From Octopus vulgaris (lineage: Eukaryota): 64,000 bases of DNA. A program made the position numbers and the translations under genes. Each line of letters starts with the position of its first letter. Positions within the stretch are counted from its first letter, which is position 1. The stretch covers positions 38,440,001 through 38,504,000 of the forward strand of contig OX597820.1 of the NCBI GenBank assembly GCA_951406725.2. The letters are read 5' to 3'. Below the pieces are notes generated by a model, which made no database searches, had not been told where the DNA came from, and worked only from the letters and a program-made list of their open reading frames with translations. Below, piece by piece: positions 43,315-57,205 of this stretch.

Positions 43315-43490
43315 ATTTCAAATTTTGGCACGAGACCAGCAATTTTGGGGAAGGATATAGGTCGATATCATCGACCCCAGCACTCATCCCAGAAGGGGTG
43401 AATGGCAAAGTCAACTTTAGCGGAATTTAAAGTCAGAAAGTAAAGACGGACGAAATGCCGCAACATTTTTTTCCCGTTGCGGTAATAATA
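43315..43490 (-). mobile_element. Decayed tRNA-derived SINE (same family as 30020-30735)
   Basis: TCGACCCCAG..GGCAAAGTCAAC..GCGGAATTT motifs. Confidence 0.7.
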
Positions 43491-43514
43491 TGATATAATA
43501 AAATACAATATAAT

Positions 43515-43800
43515 ATCACGTGATCGACCAATCTGTCAGATGTTGTTATACATCACTGGTCACAATGCGCGTTGCTTCGTTTTATGTGTCGAATGAGACC
43601 ACCCTGGTGGCTAGACGTGCAGGCCAACATTCCTCCTGATCAGAAGGCTACTCAATCGTAGCGATACACATTAATAGATGAGTTGACTGTTGCAATGTAA
43701 GATGATGTGTTTTGCTAAAGAAAACAACCAGTTGGAGAATCGAAATTACAATTCCGAAGTTGTGAGTGTAACGTGCCTAACCGCTAGGATACGTGGCATT
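43515..43800 (-). mobile_element. Decayed SINE related to 52767-53050
   Basis: TCACGTGATCGACC..TCAGATGTTGTTA.ACATC.CTGGTCACAATGCG is the revcomp of the 52767 SINE tail. Confidence 0.75.
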
Positions 43801-44401
43801 ACATGATAATGTATTATCGGGTCCTATAGTTAAAGTAATAAGTTGCTGACCGCCCGGCTTTCATTATAACACACCACACGGCACAAGTCCAGTTGGAAGA
43901 ATAATGAAAATCGCGTAATCTCATGCGTCACCCCTATAATTTTCAGAAGGCTTTTCCTGAGTTCATACTCCCAGTAAGCATTTCTGCATCAATATATTCA
44001 ATTTTACTAATTTCCAAGGGTGACAATTATCTTGGCGAAGGCATCAGTTGGAAAGAAACTCTTTGACTAACATTTACCATAAGATTTTAATTCCTATTGT
44101 TGAGTGTAGAGGAATCACAATATGATGTAATGTTGCCAAGAAAGTTCTATAAATGCCTTCTTTTCAGATTAGTCAGGTGTCATATTTGACTCGTCCATTT
44201 AATTCACCTATTTATTCAATCAATGCCTGTTTCATTCAACTCACATACGATTGTCAGCCTGTCTAACTTACATTTTACAGAAAATTGTTTCGATTAGAAA
44301 ATGATACCGTCTCAGCCTCAACGCTAAAATGCTGCTGTATCTGATACCTAATGCACATATAATTTCTTGTTAATATAAATCAATGTTTAATATAAATATA
44401 T

Positions 44402-44634
44402 TTGTTTTTTATTACCCACAAGGGGCTAAACATAGAGGGGGAGCAACAAAGACAGACACACGGATTAAGACGATTACATCGACTCCAGTGCGTAACTGGT
44501 ACTTAATTTATCGACCCCGAAAGGATGAAAGGCAAAGTCGACCTCGGCGGATTTTGAACTCAGAACGTAACGGCAGACGAAATACGGCTACGCATTTCGC
44601 CCGGCGTGCTAACTGTTCTGCCAGCTCGCCGCCC
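44402..44634 (-). mobile_element. Young tRNA-derived SINE with perfect 18-bp TSD
   Basis: TGTTTAATATAAATATAT at 44384-44401 and 44635-44652. A and B boxes on the minus strand. Highly similar to 30415-30628 and 59113-59341. Confidence 0.93.
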
Positions 44635-46308
44635 TGTTTAATATAAATATATGTGATAGAAATATGTGTTCATTTTTAATGTTTAATCTCGACGTTTTCT
44701 TTTCTTAAGGTAATCTCGTTGTAAGGGTGTATATCCTTGTGGATAATTCAGTTAGGGACGCATATTCAACCGTTTTAAATAAGATAGGATGCATTGGATA
44801 TGTGGTGCGCAATGCTTGCAACCTGAAAAGAGTTAAGTTTGGTGCTGCTATGTGCGAGGGATTTGATTAGTACGATCTACTCAATCTTGAAGGATAAAAC
44901 TATATGAACAAGAACCTTTCTTCAAAGTGTTACATTAACGAGGTGTCTCTTTCCATAGTGTTTGCAACTTAATCGACTGGCTATGTTTTTATCTATTTGC
45001 AGTAAAATATCTTCGCAGAGTAAAACACTATCAGCAAGAGAATTACGATGCTTCAGTTAAATATTTCTTCAAACTAATCCAGATGTGAACCTATATAAAC
45101 CATTCAAGAGTAGACGATTGCATTCATTCTGAAACACTGACCAAATGCGGAGGCTTCCACAGATCTCAACATCGACAAATAAAAGTAATTGACATCTGAA
45201 CTAAAAAAATTAGATTCCGTTTTAACGTAAAATACTGACGAACAGTACCATAGAAACTAGAATACATCTAGGATAGCTATTGTCTACGATGGTAAGAGCC
45301 GCAGAACTATCGATTTATAGAATCCAGTATATAACTTATAAAATCTCGGTTTTTAAACTTATCGATGAATAAGCATGTCTGTGTATAATTCGCTATGTTT
45401 TACAGAAAGTGCGCACGCATAAGTTACACTTCTCAGAGCGCTATATGTTTTGTTGTTTTAATGTTCTAAGAGATGGTGGCGGTTGTTACTTTTCTTTAAT
45501 GTTGATTTTCAATTTGAAAGTAATTTGGTCGAAAATAATTTTCTCAAAATAACTATTAAAGATACAATTGAATTTGTAAAACAAGACTGGGTTATAAAGA
45601 ATATATTAAATCTAATTTCTCTTTTAAAACCGAAACGCACCAGGCTACATCTTATTAATCTCACCAGAGAAATAGGTTCATTGCATATAGTGTATGTCAA
45701 GGTAAATTTAATGTTGTGTTAGAATTATTTCAGCATTCTTATCTTGCTCAGTTTTATATTTAAACATTTTTCTTTATCATTTTACGTTCTTGCGTTTATA
45801 TTCAAAGAAACAGTAATACTCCGTTTGTATACATTATAATTTTATAAGGTGGTAATTAAAAACAAATATATCTTTGTTCTTCTACATCCCTCTCGTTTTT
45901 CTTTCTATTTCACTTTCTTCACACCTCTATCTCACTGCTTCTCCAACTCACTCTCACTCTCTCTCTCTCTCTCCCTTTATTTCTGTCACATTATCGCTCA
46001 GTCGAGAAAACGTACGTATGTGTGCTTATGTCCCTCTAGATATTCTGGTATTTATTTACTATATTATATAGGATATAAATTAACTGTTCCCTTATAAATG
46101 ATGATTAAATTCAGAAATAATGTATTTGTTGAATATATTTTAAGTGAATATTTAATACCCTTGTGTAATTATATTCTGAAGAACGCATATCACTCTATAA
46201 ACGAAATAACGATAAATACACTCACACACACACACACAAACAAATGATGGTGTAATAAATAGCTAACAGTTCAAAGTTAACCAGGTTTCAGCATAGAAAG
46301 ACCAATAA

Positions 46309-46369
<61 letters not shown>

Positions 46370-47789
46370 TAAACACACACACGAACACACTCATATATAT
46401 ATATATTTCTTTTGCTTCAGCTCAGAGCTGCGGCCATGCTGATGCATCAGTCTATTTGACTAGTTTTTTTTTCTTCCCGTTAAACCATTGGTTGTGAGAA
46501 GTAAGTAGTAACAGTACTACAGAGTCAAATATATTTGCCAACGTAAAGTGGCAGTCATGATTAGGAAAACATCTTTTCAATCTGGCTAGTGACGCATAAC
46601 GGCGTCTTTTGGATTACAGACGAGTGTATGTGGAAAATAATGGAGTAGCAATCTCGACATTTACATGGATTAAGATGTCGTAGATCCGACTGTAGATCTT
46701 CGTATAATTAAAATTATCTGTTTCATAAAGACACCCATTTAATTTTCAACATGACTGTCCTTAAGCAAACATGGAATATTCTCAACGAAAACTTCCATGT
46801 TCGCCCGGAAGCGCACGACCATCACATTGGGAGGTATATGTAGTGTTTTAGAGGACAGCTGCCCAACGGATATGAATGTGCCCTCAAAAGATCAAGAAAG
46901 TTGCAGAATATTTTTGGTTAATCAATGTGGAAATAACAGCTCTTGCAGCCTGACTATAAATGTCCTTTGTACCTCTCATCATAGAAGCATTAGTCTATGT
47001 ACCACCAAATTTACACAATTTACACAAAAACCTCGAAGAAATATCAAAAGAAACTTTCGAGGATTCTTCCAATCCAATCTGATAACAGCACAATAAAGAT
47101 TTGTAAGACACTCCATAGATTCTCCATCATAGATTCTTTGGCCGAACAGATGAACACACTTAGGTGTGTGCCTAAACAGCTCAATCAGCACATCAACTCA
47201 ACCACGTATTTATAAACATCGGGAACTCTCTTAACTGAAAAAAAGTCACTTTGTTAGCGTCCGGCTTGAACTCTCAGGGATAAAACCCAAAGAAATATGC
47301 AAACATACGCGCATATATACGCGCATACGGTCGCAGATACACATGCACACGCACACACACACACACACTCATATATATAAATACACGTATTCATGTATAA
47401 ATTCTCTGTTACTAATATCTTCAAAAGGATCCGTTGTACTGATACAATGCTTGGACACATCAGCAGTGTTGAATCTTGAAGTCAGTGAGTGTTTCGTGTG
47501 TTACAACATACATCCAGGTAATCGGATCGGGATTGATAGATCCTAGCTCAGTGTCTGCAAGAATCTTTCTACTTACCCATTAACATTTTTCAGTCAAGAC
47601 TTTATAGTTGTTTCTCAGTCCCCTTTGCACTGTTCTTCATGGCTTTTCTACTGCAAACCCCTTCAATGCCCTGAGTGCATTGGTGCTTATGTGCCAAAAA
47701 CGGATTTCAGGTCATCATCATCATTGAAAGAATTTGGCAAACTTCAAGATAAATGGTAATCTAATGGTGCACGGTCAGGGATATTTTTG

Positions 47790-48655
47790 TCGACTTAGCA
47801 AAGACATGTGTAGACTAGTGTTTACGATTTGCCAGTTTTAGCCGTTTTTCTTTGATTGCGTCATCCAGTTACATTAGTTGTTGGCAGTAAACATCGGAAT
47901 TGATCTTGATTGTTTGGTTCTATGGAAGCAGCTCAAAATACACATAATCTTTTTAATCCCACCAAATTGACAGCATGACCTTTTTTGATGTAATTCAAAT
48001 TTCGATGTGGTTTATGCTGCTTCATTACGCTTGGAGAACGATCGTTCCCGATTGATGTTATTGTAGACAATCCAATTTTCACCACCAGTGATTATTCGTC
48101 TCAAAACAAGATCGATTTCATTGCGTTTGAGATGCATGTCGCAAATATTGATTCCTTGTGTAAGGTAATCTGTTTCAATATATGTGGAACCCAAATATCG
48201 AGCTTCTTAACGGGTCCAAAACATTTTCAATTGTGTGTGATACATCTAACCTCTCAGCAATTTCTCGCATTGTTATATGATTAGGTCATCATCAGCTTCA
48301 GTAGGTCAACCAGAACGTTGGTCATCTTTGAGCGAATTATCTCCAAAATGGAATTTTTAAACCATTTCTGTTAAGCAATCAACACCATAAACTTTACATA
48401 TCTCTTTGTGATCCTCAGCAGCTTTCTTGCCTTTACAGAAATAAAAAAGCAAAATGTTCGTTTTTGCACTCCATATTAAAATGGACACTGAACTAGAAGT
48501 TCTAAACAAAATTTCGCACAATTTGCTTTTAAAATAAGCTAAAAGTAATTGCTATCAAATATCAAAAGGAGCAAAATCATGACATTGACAAAAGTCATTC
48601 AGAAAACTCGTAACTGTATTTGCGACAAGCGAAATTACTTTCTTTCCAACACAGT
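47790..48655 (-). mobile_element. mariner relic, 5' half
   Basis: MECKNEH.. N-terminus, DDQRSG*P, LRRIITGGENWIVYNN, KVMLSIWWD motifs; TA-bounded left end. Confidence 0.8.
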
Positions 48656-48699
48656 ATATATACGTCTTAATAATTCTAAAATGTATGGAGACTTGTATA

Positions 48700-51190
48700 C
48701 ACAGAGAATTTATTTTATATCGCTATACATCTTATTATAATGATCTACACGAGTTTCTGCTGCAGCGACTCGTCACTGCTGTAAATGCAATCTTGCAATA
48801 TTATCGGTGCAGCTTCATCGGAGTCCTTCCATTTGGTTGTCCTGGATGTGAACTGGTTGAAGTAATGTGTGTTAGTATTCTGTGTGAGTTTGGGGTATTG
48901 TTATTTACAGGTATGCGTTGCTGACCTCAGCTTCACTCCAGTCGCTGTCCGAAGTTAGTGCTTTGCCTTAAATTAGATTAAAATCGAGAATTATTGTTTC
49001 TGTAAGGCTCTTTGTTCATTTTAATGGTTGTCTGTGCTATTTTTGATTTCGAATGCAGTGTTTCTATTGAAGGGTTCTTGTTTGCTTGTATTCATTTTTT
49101 GCTGGATTTCTCTTTTATTTGTGTTACACATTGTGTAGGGTATTTGTTTTTTTTTTAATGCTGGTTATTAAACATTTTATGTTATGTTACTATTAGTTAT
49201 ATTAAGCATAATTGTTGCATCTCTTAAAGGTCAGTTCGTGTTTGCGTAAACAGCTCAATATTTGTTCGTGCCTTGTATTAATTAATAACTGTTTTGATGT
49301 CGCATCTATTTCCTTGTATTCGATAAAGCTTAGCAGTACTAATTGGTTCCCAATCGATAGAATAGCTATTGTTTTTGTCCTTATTTGACTAAATAAGCTT
49401 ACATAGGCTTCTATCATTCATTTTTAGTCCTTTGTCTTTAAAAATATTAAATGATTGGCCAGTCTTTTTTGGAAAACAATCAGACCTAGCACTTATATGA
49501 AAGTACTCCCTACACTCCAAGGTTTCTTTACATCTATTGACCAGGATTTCACAATTTGATTTTGATGGGCATATTTTATCATCAGCACAGTTGTATAGAC
49601 TTGTCTGTCTTTTTCTATTATATATTTTGATATATTGACTTCACTAGAAGTCTTTGTTATCCTTTCTCCCTCCCGTCCAGTATTATTTCTGTATTCCCTA
49701 CGGATATTAGTTTCGGTGATGCTCTTTTTAGCAGTTCGAACTTCTATTTATATACCGTGAAAGGATTTGTTAGGGTTGTTTCCCTGATAGTATTTCTGTT
49801 ACCGTCACGCCTTACTCCAGTGCATTCTACTACAGTCTCATCACCTATGTCTCGTCTTATGTTATCTAATTCTTCCCTATTATTCAGATTCAGATCACTA
49901 GGATCCACTCGAAACTTGTATAGTTTAGCGGCGTTATGAGCGGCTATTGGAAAAGGTGAGGCGTATATAATATTTATTAAATATTTAGTAGTACTTCCTA
50001 TTTTGGGGAAAGCACTTTTTCTATCGCTGTATAGAACAATCTAGGGATATTGGGAATGATCTGTTTCGTGATTGGAACGATATACCACAATGTGGTCTTA
50101 GAATCAATATAGGTTTTATCTATTTGTTAGCGTTAGTGTGATTTATGTGTCCACGTGGGCTCCGGTGTGCAGATCGCTTACTATTTTGTTCATTAGTTGT
50201 GTCCAGCGTGTATATGTGTGCGAGTTTCTATGGTGGTTTGCTTCATTTCTTACATACGGCGTACTTAGGCTTCCGATGTTGTTTTGGCTATTTACTTTCA
50301 TATGGGGATCATACACGCTCAAATGCTTGCTATTCGTTGTCCCTCTTTGCTCTCATTCGTCCTTGCTTTTACTTGTTTTTTCATCCACATATGAGGGTTT
50401 AGTGAGATTTTTTGGTTGTTTTGTGTGTTACAATTGGGGTCTGGATAGGTTACCTTACAATAAGCATCTACCTTATTTTGGTTTCCTTTGATGAATACTA
50501 ATGTTTTTTATATCCTGCCTTCTCTTAGTTATTGTAATTTTTGTTTAACCTAAATAATTATTCGTTGGCTGATAGATTTAATATGCGGGCTGAAATGTTT
50601 GTTCCTATAGATTGGGTTACTCAACTGGGGTGATTACTACTTTTGTGAATGTACTTAAGGTTTTCGTTTGGTTTTTTGTTTGGTTTATATTCTCTAGTAC
50701 TTAGGTCTTGAGTTACGTCTAAAAAGTTGACTGTGCTGTGCTCATCTTCTACTGAGATGGAAAGTCCTATGTTTTAAAAGAATTTGAAGAATTTTTTCCT
50801 ATATTTTTCTATCTCTACGGTGGAAAGGTTAAGCAGGGTGAATAGTGCGTCACCTGTGTGTATACAGTCACCTATTTTGGGGAATTCGTTATCTTGGCGA
50901 GAATAAGATGTAAATTCTTACTATATCATTTACCTGGGTGGAGTCAGCCCAATCCATTTGTTGTGTCAAAGATGTCTGGCCAATCTTTAGTTTTACCCAG
51001 TATTTTCCGTGGACCTTGATAATTGATTTTCTAGCAGTTAATATTGCATCTATATCTTCCCTCTGTTGAGGAGGGTTATTAAAAGCGTAGTAGTTAGATA
51101 TATTTATCTGAATGAATTTCGTTTGTTACTTTGTTGTGATTTTCTTCAACCAGTTAATTACTTCATATGAACTAGACCAAACTTTTAGTT
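48700..51190 (-). mobile_element. Decayed Penelope-like element of Naiad-type architecture (RT, thumb, linker, GIY-YIG, 3' pseudo-LTR)
   Basis: MDWADSTQVNDIVRIYIL, TVNFLDVTQDLSTREYKPNKKPNENLKYIHKSSNHP, AFPQNRKYY*IFN..IAAHN, YNCADDKICPSKSNC, FQKRLANH and LLINTRHEQILSC appear in the expected order. Confidence 0.78.
48740..48828 (-). ncRNA. Degenerate hammerhead motif at the 3' end of the Naiad-type element
   Basis: CCGAUGA (U4C variant)-A-GCUGCA...UGCAGC-A-GAAA-CUCGUG-UA. Stem II is 6 bp; stem I is poorly paired. Confidence 0.5.
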
Positions 51191-51296
51191 TATATATATA
51201 TGTTTCTGTGTGTGTGTGTGTATCTGTTTGTGTGTACATTCGCATGCACTTCACTTGCATATATATATATATATATACATATATACATATATACAA

Positions 51297-51344
<48 letters not shown>

Positions 51345-51408
51345 ATATATATATATACATATATATATGTATATATGTATATATGTATATATATACATAT
51401 ATATATAA

Positions 51409-51454
<46 letters not shown>

Positions 51455-52581
51455 TTGGACACACGATTCGAAGGTCGTACTTTTGGTTTCTGAGCTGAGC
51501 AGTGTGGTATATGACAGATGACGTCACTCGTATTTCCGTTGCACCGCTCAACTCGACTAAAGTAGGTGTTTTGCTCGGACCGAAGAGACGTCTGTGTATC
51601 TTCTGAACTATAATTTCTACTTTAAGTGAAACGTGGGCCCATCTATGTAAATCAAAGAAATGCTCACTCATTATTAACAGTCTAAGCTTTATGTCGTGTT
51701 TCATATGAATCAAATGCATCGGCAAGATAAATACAGTAGCTGACATTAGCTCTTGATGAGTTACCTGAAGATTGTCTTACCTATCACGTTGAAAAAAAAT
51801 CTGGGACTACATCATCACAGAGAAAGCTAAGTGTGTTGACTTGACAGAGAAGTCATTTTGCTGCACTGCAGCAGAGAATTTCCCGCTGATTCTCACAAAG
51901 GGATTGTAAAACCCACTTGTCGAGATAAATAATCTACGCACAGTTATTCACTACCATTTCGTGATAGGAGATAAGTGGTTATATCTCGAGTGAGGTACAA
52001 CGATGTGTTCTAAACATGACATGAACAAATTTGAGCTTCATAACATTAGTTGTTAACTACAGCATCGGAAAATAGAAATTAGCAAAGGAAAACAAATCCT
52101 TGTCGATATTACGAACTGTCACGTTTCATAGACTCATGCATCATCGACTATTGATATATCGCTCATGAAGATGATGAAGATTGTGGCCATTGTGGTGGTG
52201 ATGGTGGTGGTGTTGCTGCTGCTGATGATGATAGTGATGATCGTGATAAGTATGATGTTAGTGATATCTATATACACATACGAGAGCGCGTGAGTGTGTT
52301 AGTGTGCGTAAGTGTGTATGCCGTAGTATGAATAGAAATGTAAGGTGAAATTATGAAAGAGATTAATATTATAATACAGTTACACACGCGCACACAGTCG
52401 GGCACGCCAACACAGATATATGCATGTATGTAAGTACGTATGTATGTATGTATGTATGTATGTATGTATGTTTGTATGCATGTATGTATGTATGTATATA
52501 TGAATGTGTATGTATATATATACGTGTATATTATGTGTTTGTTCGCGTGTATGTTTATCTATCTATGTACCTATCTATCTC

Positions 52582-52644
<63 letters not shown>

Positions 52645-52707
52645 GTATATATTCATTTATACTTACATATGTTTGTTTGTATGTATGTATGTATATATTT
52701 ATGTATG

Positions 52708-52766
<59 letters not shown>

Positions 52767-52767
<1 letters not shown>

Positions 52768-53050
52768 GAGGCGCAATGGCCCAGCGGTTAGGGCAGTGGA
52801 TTCGCGGTCGTAGGATCGCGGTTTCGATTCCCAGACCGGGCGTTGTAAGTGTTTATTGAGCGAAACACCTTAAAGCTCCACAAGTCTCCGGCAGGGTGGG
52901 GGGTGATCCCTGCTGCATTCTTTCACCACTCTTTCTTTCACTCTTTCTGCAGCGGGGTGGCGTCATTCGAAGGCTAAAACAATGCGAACGCATTGTGACC
53001 AGCGATGTGTAACAACATCTGATGGTCTAGTCGGTCACGTGATCACGTGA
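52767..53050 (+). mobile_element. tRNA-derived SINE (second family)
   Basis: A box TGGCCCAGCGG and B box GTTTCGATTCC, no acceptor stem, body ending in TCACGTGATCACGTGA; inserted among dinucleotide repeats. Confidence 0.88.
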
Positions 53051-53185
53051 TATATATATATATATATATTTATGCACGTGTGTGTGTGTGTGTGTGTATG
53101 TGTGTATATATTTGAGAATAAATACGAAAATTTCGAAATATCAAAATGTTATCTCGAAATAAAATATCCTTGCTTTGAATTTAAT

Positions 53186-53215
53186 ATTCCTCGTTGACTT
53201 CCACTAACATACACA

Positions 53216-53267
<52 letters not shown>

Positions 53268-53306
53268 TACATATATACATACATACATATATACATACAT
53301 ATATAA

Positions 53307-53385
<79 letters not shown>

Positions 53386-53411
53386 TGGATTAGTGGAAGT
53401 CAACGAGGAAT
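53186..53411. repeat. Perfect 22-bp inverted repeat bracketing a (CA)(TA)(GA) microsatellite
   Basis: ATTCCTCGTTGACTTCCACTAA (53186-53207) and TTAGTGGAAGTCAACGAGGAAT (53390-53411). Confidence 0.92.
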
Positions 53412-54226
53412 GTGTGTGTGTATATATATACATACACTAACAAATATAAATAAAGAAAACGTTGTAAAAAGAGGCAAATTCATATGATAACATTTTAGTG
53501 AGCAGGGTCGAAGAAGTTCTACAGATAAAAACTCAAACGAATTATATTTCATTTTATCTGTGATGTGTTTATATGATATTCAAAATAGACGGTTCATTAT
53601 TGTAGTTTAAATTTAGGCTGGATTATTTCGCAAAAGATAATCGTGAATAATAAGTATTAAAATAGCTGTTTTATTGTTGTTGTTATTGATGTTCCTGTTC
53701 TTCTTGGTGTTGTTGTTGTTTTTCATTCCCAATTTTTATATGAACGTGTAGAGATCAATACTTTTCCTTTCTTCTTCACTGAATGTATTATATTCGAAAT
53801 CTCAGAAATGATCGCTTCGAGTGTTTTATCAAGCGAATACCAAGCGAACACGTGTACATTTCTATGTATGTAAACATGTAAATATAATACATGCATATAT
53901 ACAAACACACTCATACACACGCGCACACACAGGCACATAGGCGCGAGCGAAACACAACATACACACACGTCTATATGTATGTGCGTGTATAAGTGTATAA
54001 GTGAAAATATGTGAGAGCAAAGTAATACATTTCTTTTCCGTTATGAGTTTCAGCTTTAGAGTTAGACGATTGTATGCCTATTTTATGTACCGTACAAGAA
54101 CAATGTCGCTTTTTTTCGCCTTTTCGCTATCTGACACGTACACTTAAATTTACCACAGATATATATACGCATAAATCTAGGTGGGAGTGACCTTATATTG
54201 ATCAGAGACAAACAGAGAAAAGTTTC

Positions 54227-54265
<39 letters not shown>

Positions 54266-54571
54266 GAGTGAAGAAGAGCAGTGTGTTTATATTTTATGTG
54301 TGAGAGTGTATATGTGTGTCTGTTGTGTGTGTGCCTGTTGGGGAGAGATAGGTGAATATGAAAGGAGATCAATGAAGAGATCACAGTCGTATGACGAAAA
54401 CCGCTTCTTAGAAGTAAACGATTATCTGATGGAGAATTGAATAATAATGAGCAATGATTGAGTGTGGTTGTGTATGTATGTATGTTTCATGTTATTTCAC
54501 TATTATAATTAGGTTTACACACACACACACACACACTTATATATATATATATATATTATATTTATATTTAT

Positions 54572-54615
<44 letters not shown>

Positions 54616-54691
54616 GTAGATATATAAATATAGATATATACATATATATGTATATGTATGTACGCACATCTACACAGACCGTCATATATGC

Positions 54692-54725
<34 letters not shown>

Positions 54726-55044
54726 TGTGCCTGTGTGTTCGTTTCTATCAATCAGTTTGATAACTAGCCACGAAGAACTGAAGCAGCAACACACGACAGG
54801 TTGCGGTAGTAGTGATTTAGCTTCTGCCCGACCTTAAGCAAAGAAATGTAAACTCCAAGTAACTTCAGGAACTGCTCCTCTACTAGATTTAGTTTTATAG
54901 TCAAACAATTCCCTGTCCTTCCTTAGTTTACTATTTATTACTATCTAATGTGTTATGAGAAATCCGGTTATCATTTCCAGTTCTACTTGACACAAAGTCG
55001 TTTTGTAATATAATTTTCCCATCTTTTCCTCTCATTCTGCCAAC

Positions 55045-55106
<62 letters not shown>

Positions 55107-55719
55107 CGATGAAAGAGACACAGATAGATCACAGTTCAACATGGAATTTTAGTTAACGGACCTGTCACAATAGCATTCTCTGAAATATAGGATACATTTG
55201 AAAATGTAAAAGTCGATGTATGATGAAAGCGGTGGCGGGGACCTTTTGATGTCAGATCTGCTTAATCAATGTTTTGCATAGAATTAAACAAATGCGATGC
55301 ATAGTCTTAGTCTGTGCAGATGTCCAAACACTTTATATTTGTTAACAGCTGTTCTTCAATCAATTATCTCACAAAGCAACGCATGGTATGGGTCGAAAAA
55401 GCCAACGTTCCTCTATCAATTTGTCCCACGAATTCAATATGTATATATTCACTGTGAATAAATACTCGTTTGACTGTGTGGTAAAGAATATTTCTTTGTA
55501 GCCACTTGATTTCAGGTTCAGTCTTACAGGGCGAGTCCTCGAGGAGACAGCTCAAGCTAAACCCCTGGGCCGACGAATCGACTAATACCTTGTGGGTAAA
55601 TATGATGGATGTTGTCCTATAATTCCACACATCCTTGGCTTTGTTGTCTCATTTCATTTAACACACACACACACACGTATATATATGTATATGTATGCAT
55701 GAATATATACATACATACA

Positions 55720-55829
<110 letters not shown>

Positions 55830-56979
55830 ATACACGTATGTATGTATGTACATATATCCACACACAGACTCAGAATTGAGATTACATATATCTCACTTGT
55901 GATGAAATCTTACCTTAAATTGAAAATCTTACTGACATTGTTGTAATGTTAACTTTTCACATTTACAGATGACAACAAAATGTACGAGGAAGGGATAATT
56001 TATAATGCATTATCCAACCTTGTTTGATTCGTAACTATAACTCAAAGAAGTATAAGTAGATAGCATCAAATCATACTAAAGGGTCATCTCAACCTATTTA
56101 TAGTATTTAATACGGATCAGGTTTTTATATTACAAATGATTTCGTCATTATAACTCACTGCGGTAAATGCATTAAGGGTCAGCTTAGCTACCATTGTTCT
56201 TCTTCTCTGAGCATGAAACAATGACAACACCGAACGCTATTATTTATTAGACTCCATCGCCCCAAGTATGGTCTTTACTTTTGTCTATTGGCATTGTGTC
56301 AATGAAACTATTATACAGAATATTGGGAAATCCAATGGTGCTCTGAAAATTGATTATTTAAATGTATTTTAGGCTGGCATTGTAACACTGCAGGCACTTG
56401 CTGTCATGCAATAAAATTAATCATTTGAAATAATGAGTATAGTAGAGGAAGATTCATATTCCACGATCGCCAAATCTCCGATGCGATTTCTCTTGATGAT
56501 AACAATACTGTTCTTGATAAATAACGATGTCACAATTATGTTCTTAATTTCTCCATCGGAATGTTTTAGTTTTTATACCTAAGTAAAAAAAACAGTGGGA
56601 GCTAAATAGACTCTTCGGTTTCAAGTAACTGTTTACTCATAACTATTTCATTTATGATGGGTAATCCTTAAAACGCACGAGAAATTGATCAATATTTATT
56701 ATTCTTCTACTGACTCGAGGTTCTTGCATCTTGTTAAAGAAACAACGGCCACGAATTGAGAGTGAGTTATTGTAACGTACTCCCTCTCTAAGAATGTATA
56801 GGCCGTATTACTAATATACTATCTACCTCTCAGTACTCCGGAATTCCCTCTCTGATGGTCTCTGTCTATATCTATGGGCTTGCAACTACTCAAGAAAAGC
56901 ATCAACCTCTCAAGCTTTACTGTTCTTGGACGGCCCACAATGTCACATACATATTGTTCACTTGAGCATAAGCTTGTCA

Positions 56980-57205
56980 TAAATAGATGTTTAATACAGC
57001 TTTTACATCAGGTTTAATTGTGTAGTTATAGATGGTCTAATACTGAAATTACATCAAGCTTAATATTGTAGCTACCTCAGGTTTCAAGTTGTAGTTGAAT
57101 GATCTTTCATAATGTTGTTAGGCCACATTCTATATTGTAGGTAGATTATCTTTAATTATGTATTTAAAATAGATATAGCAGGTTTAATATGATGTTAAAT
57201 CAGAA
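56980..57205. repeat. Degenerate 23-bp minisatellite, about 8-9 units
   Basis: Consecutive 23-mers TTACATCAGGTTTAATTGTGTAG, TTATAGATGGTCTAATACTGAAA, TTACATCAAGCTTAATATTGTAG, CTACCTCAGGTTTCAAGTTGTAG and further copies. Confidence 0.75.

Noticed and set aside
51519-51526. CRE palindrome TGACGTCA
   Set aside because: A single 8-mer with no promoter evidence; about one is expected by chance in 64 kb.
52767-52845. tRNA gene
   Set aside because: A and B boxes are present, but there is no acceptor stem and the sequence continues into a SINE body and tail.
56980-57205. CRISPR array
   Set aside because: Contiguous degenerate units without spacers, no cas genes, eukaryotic context.
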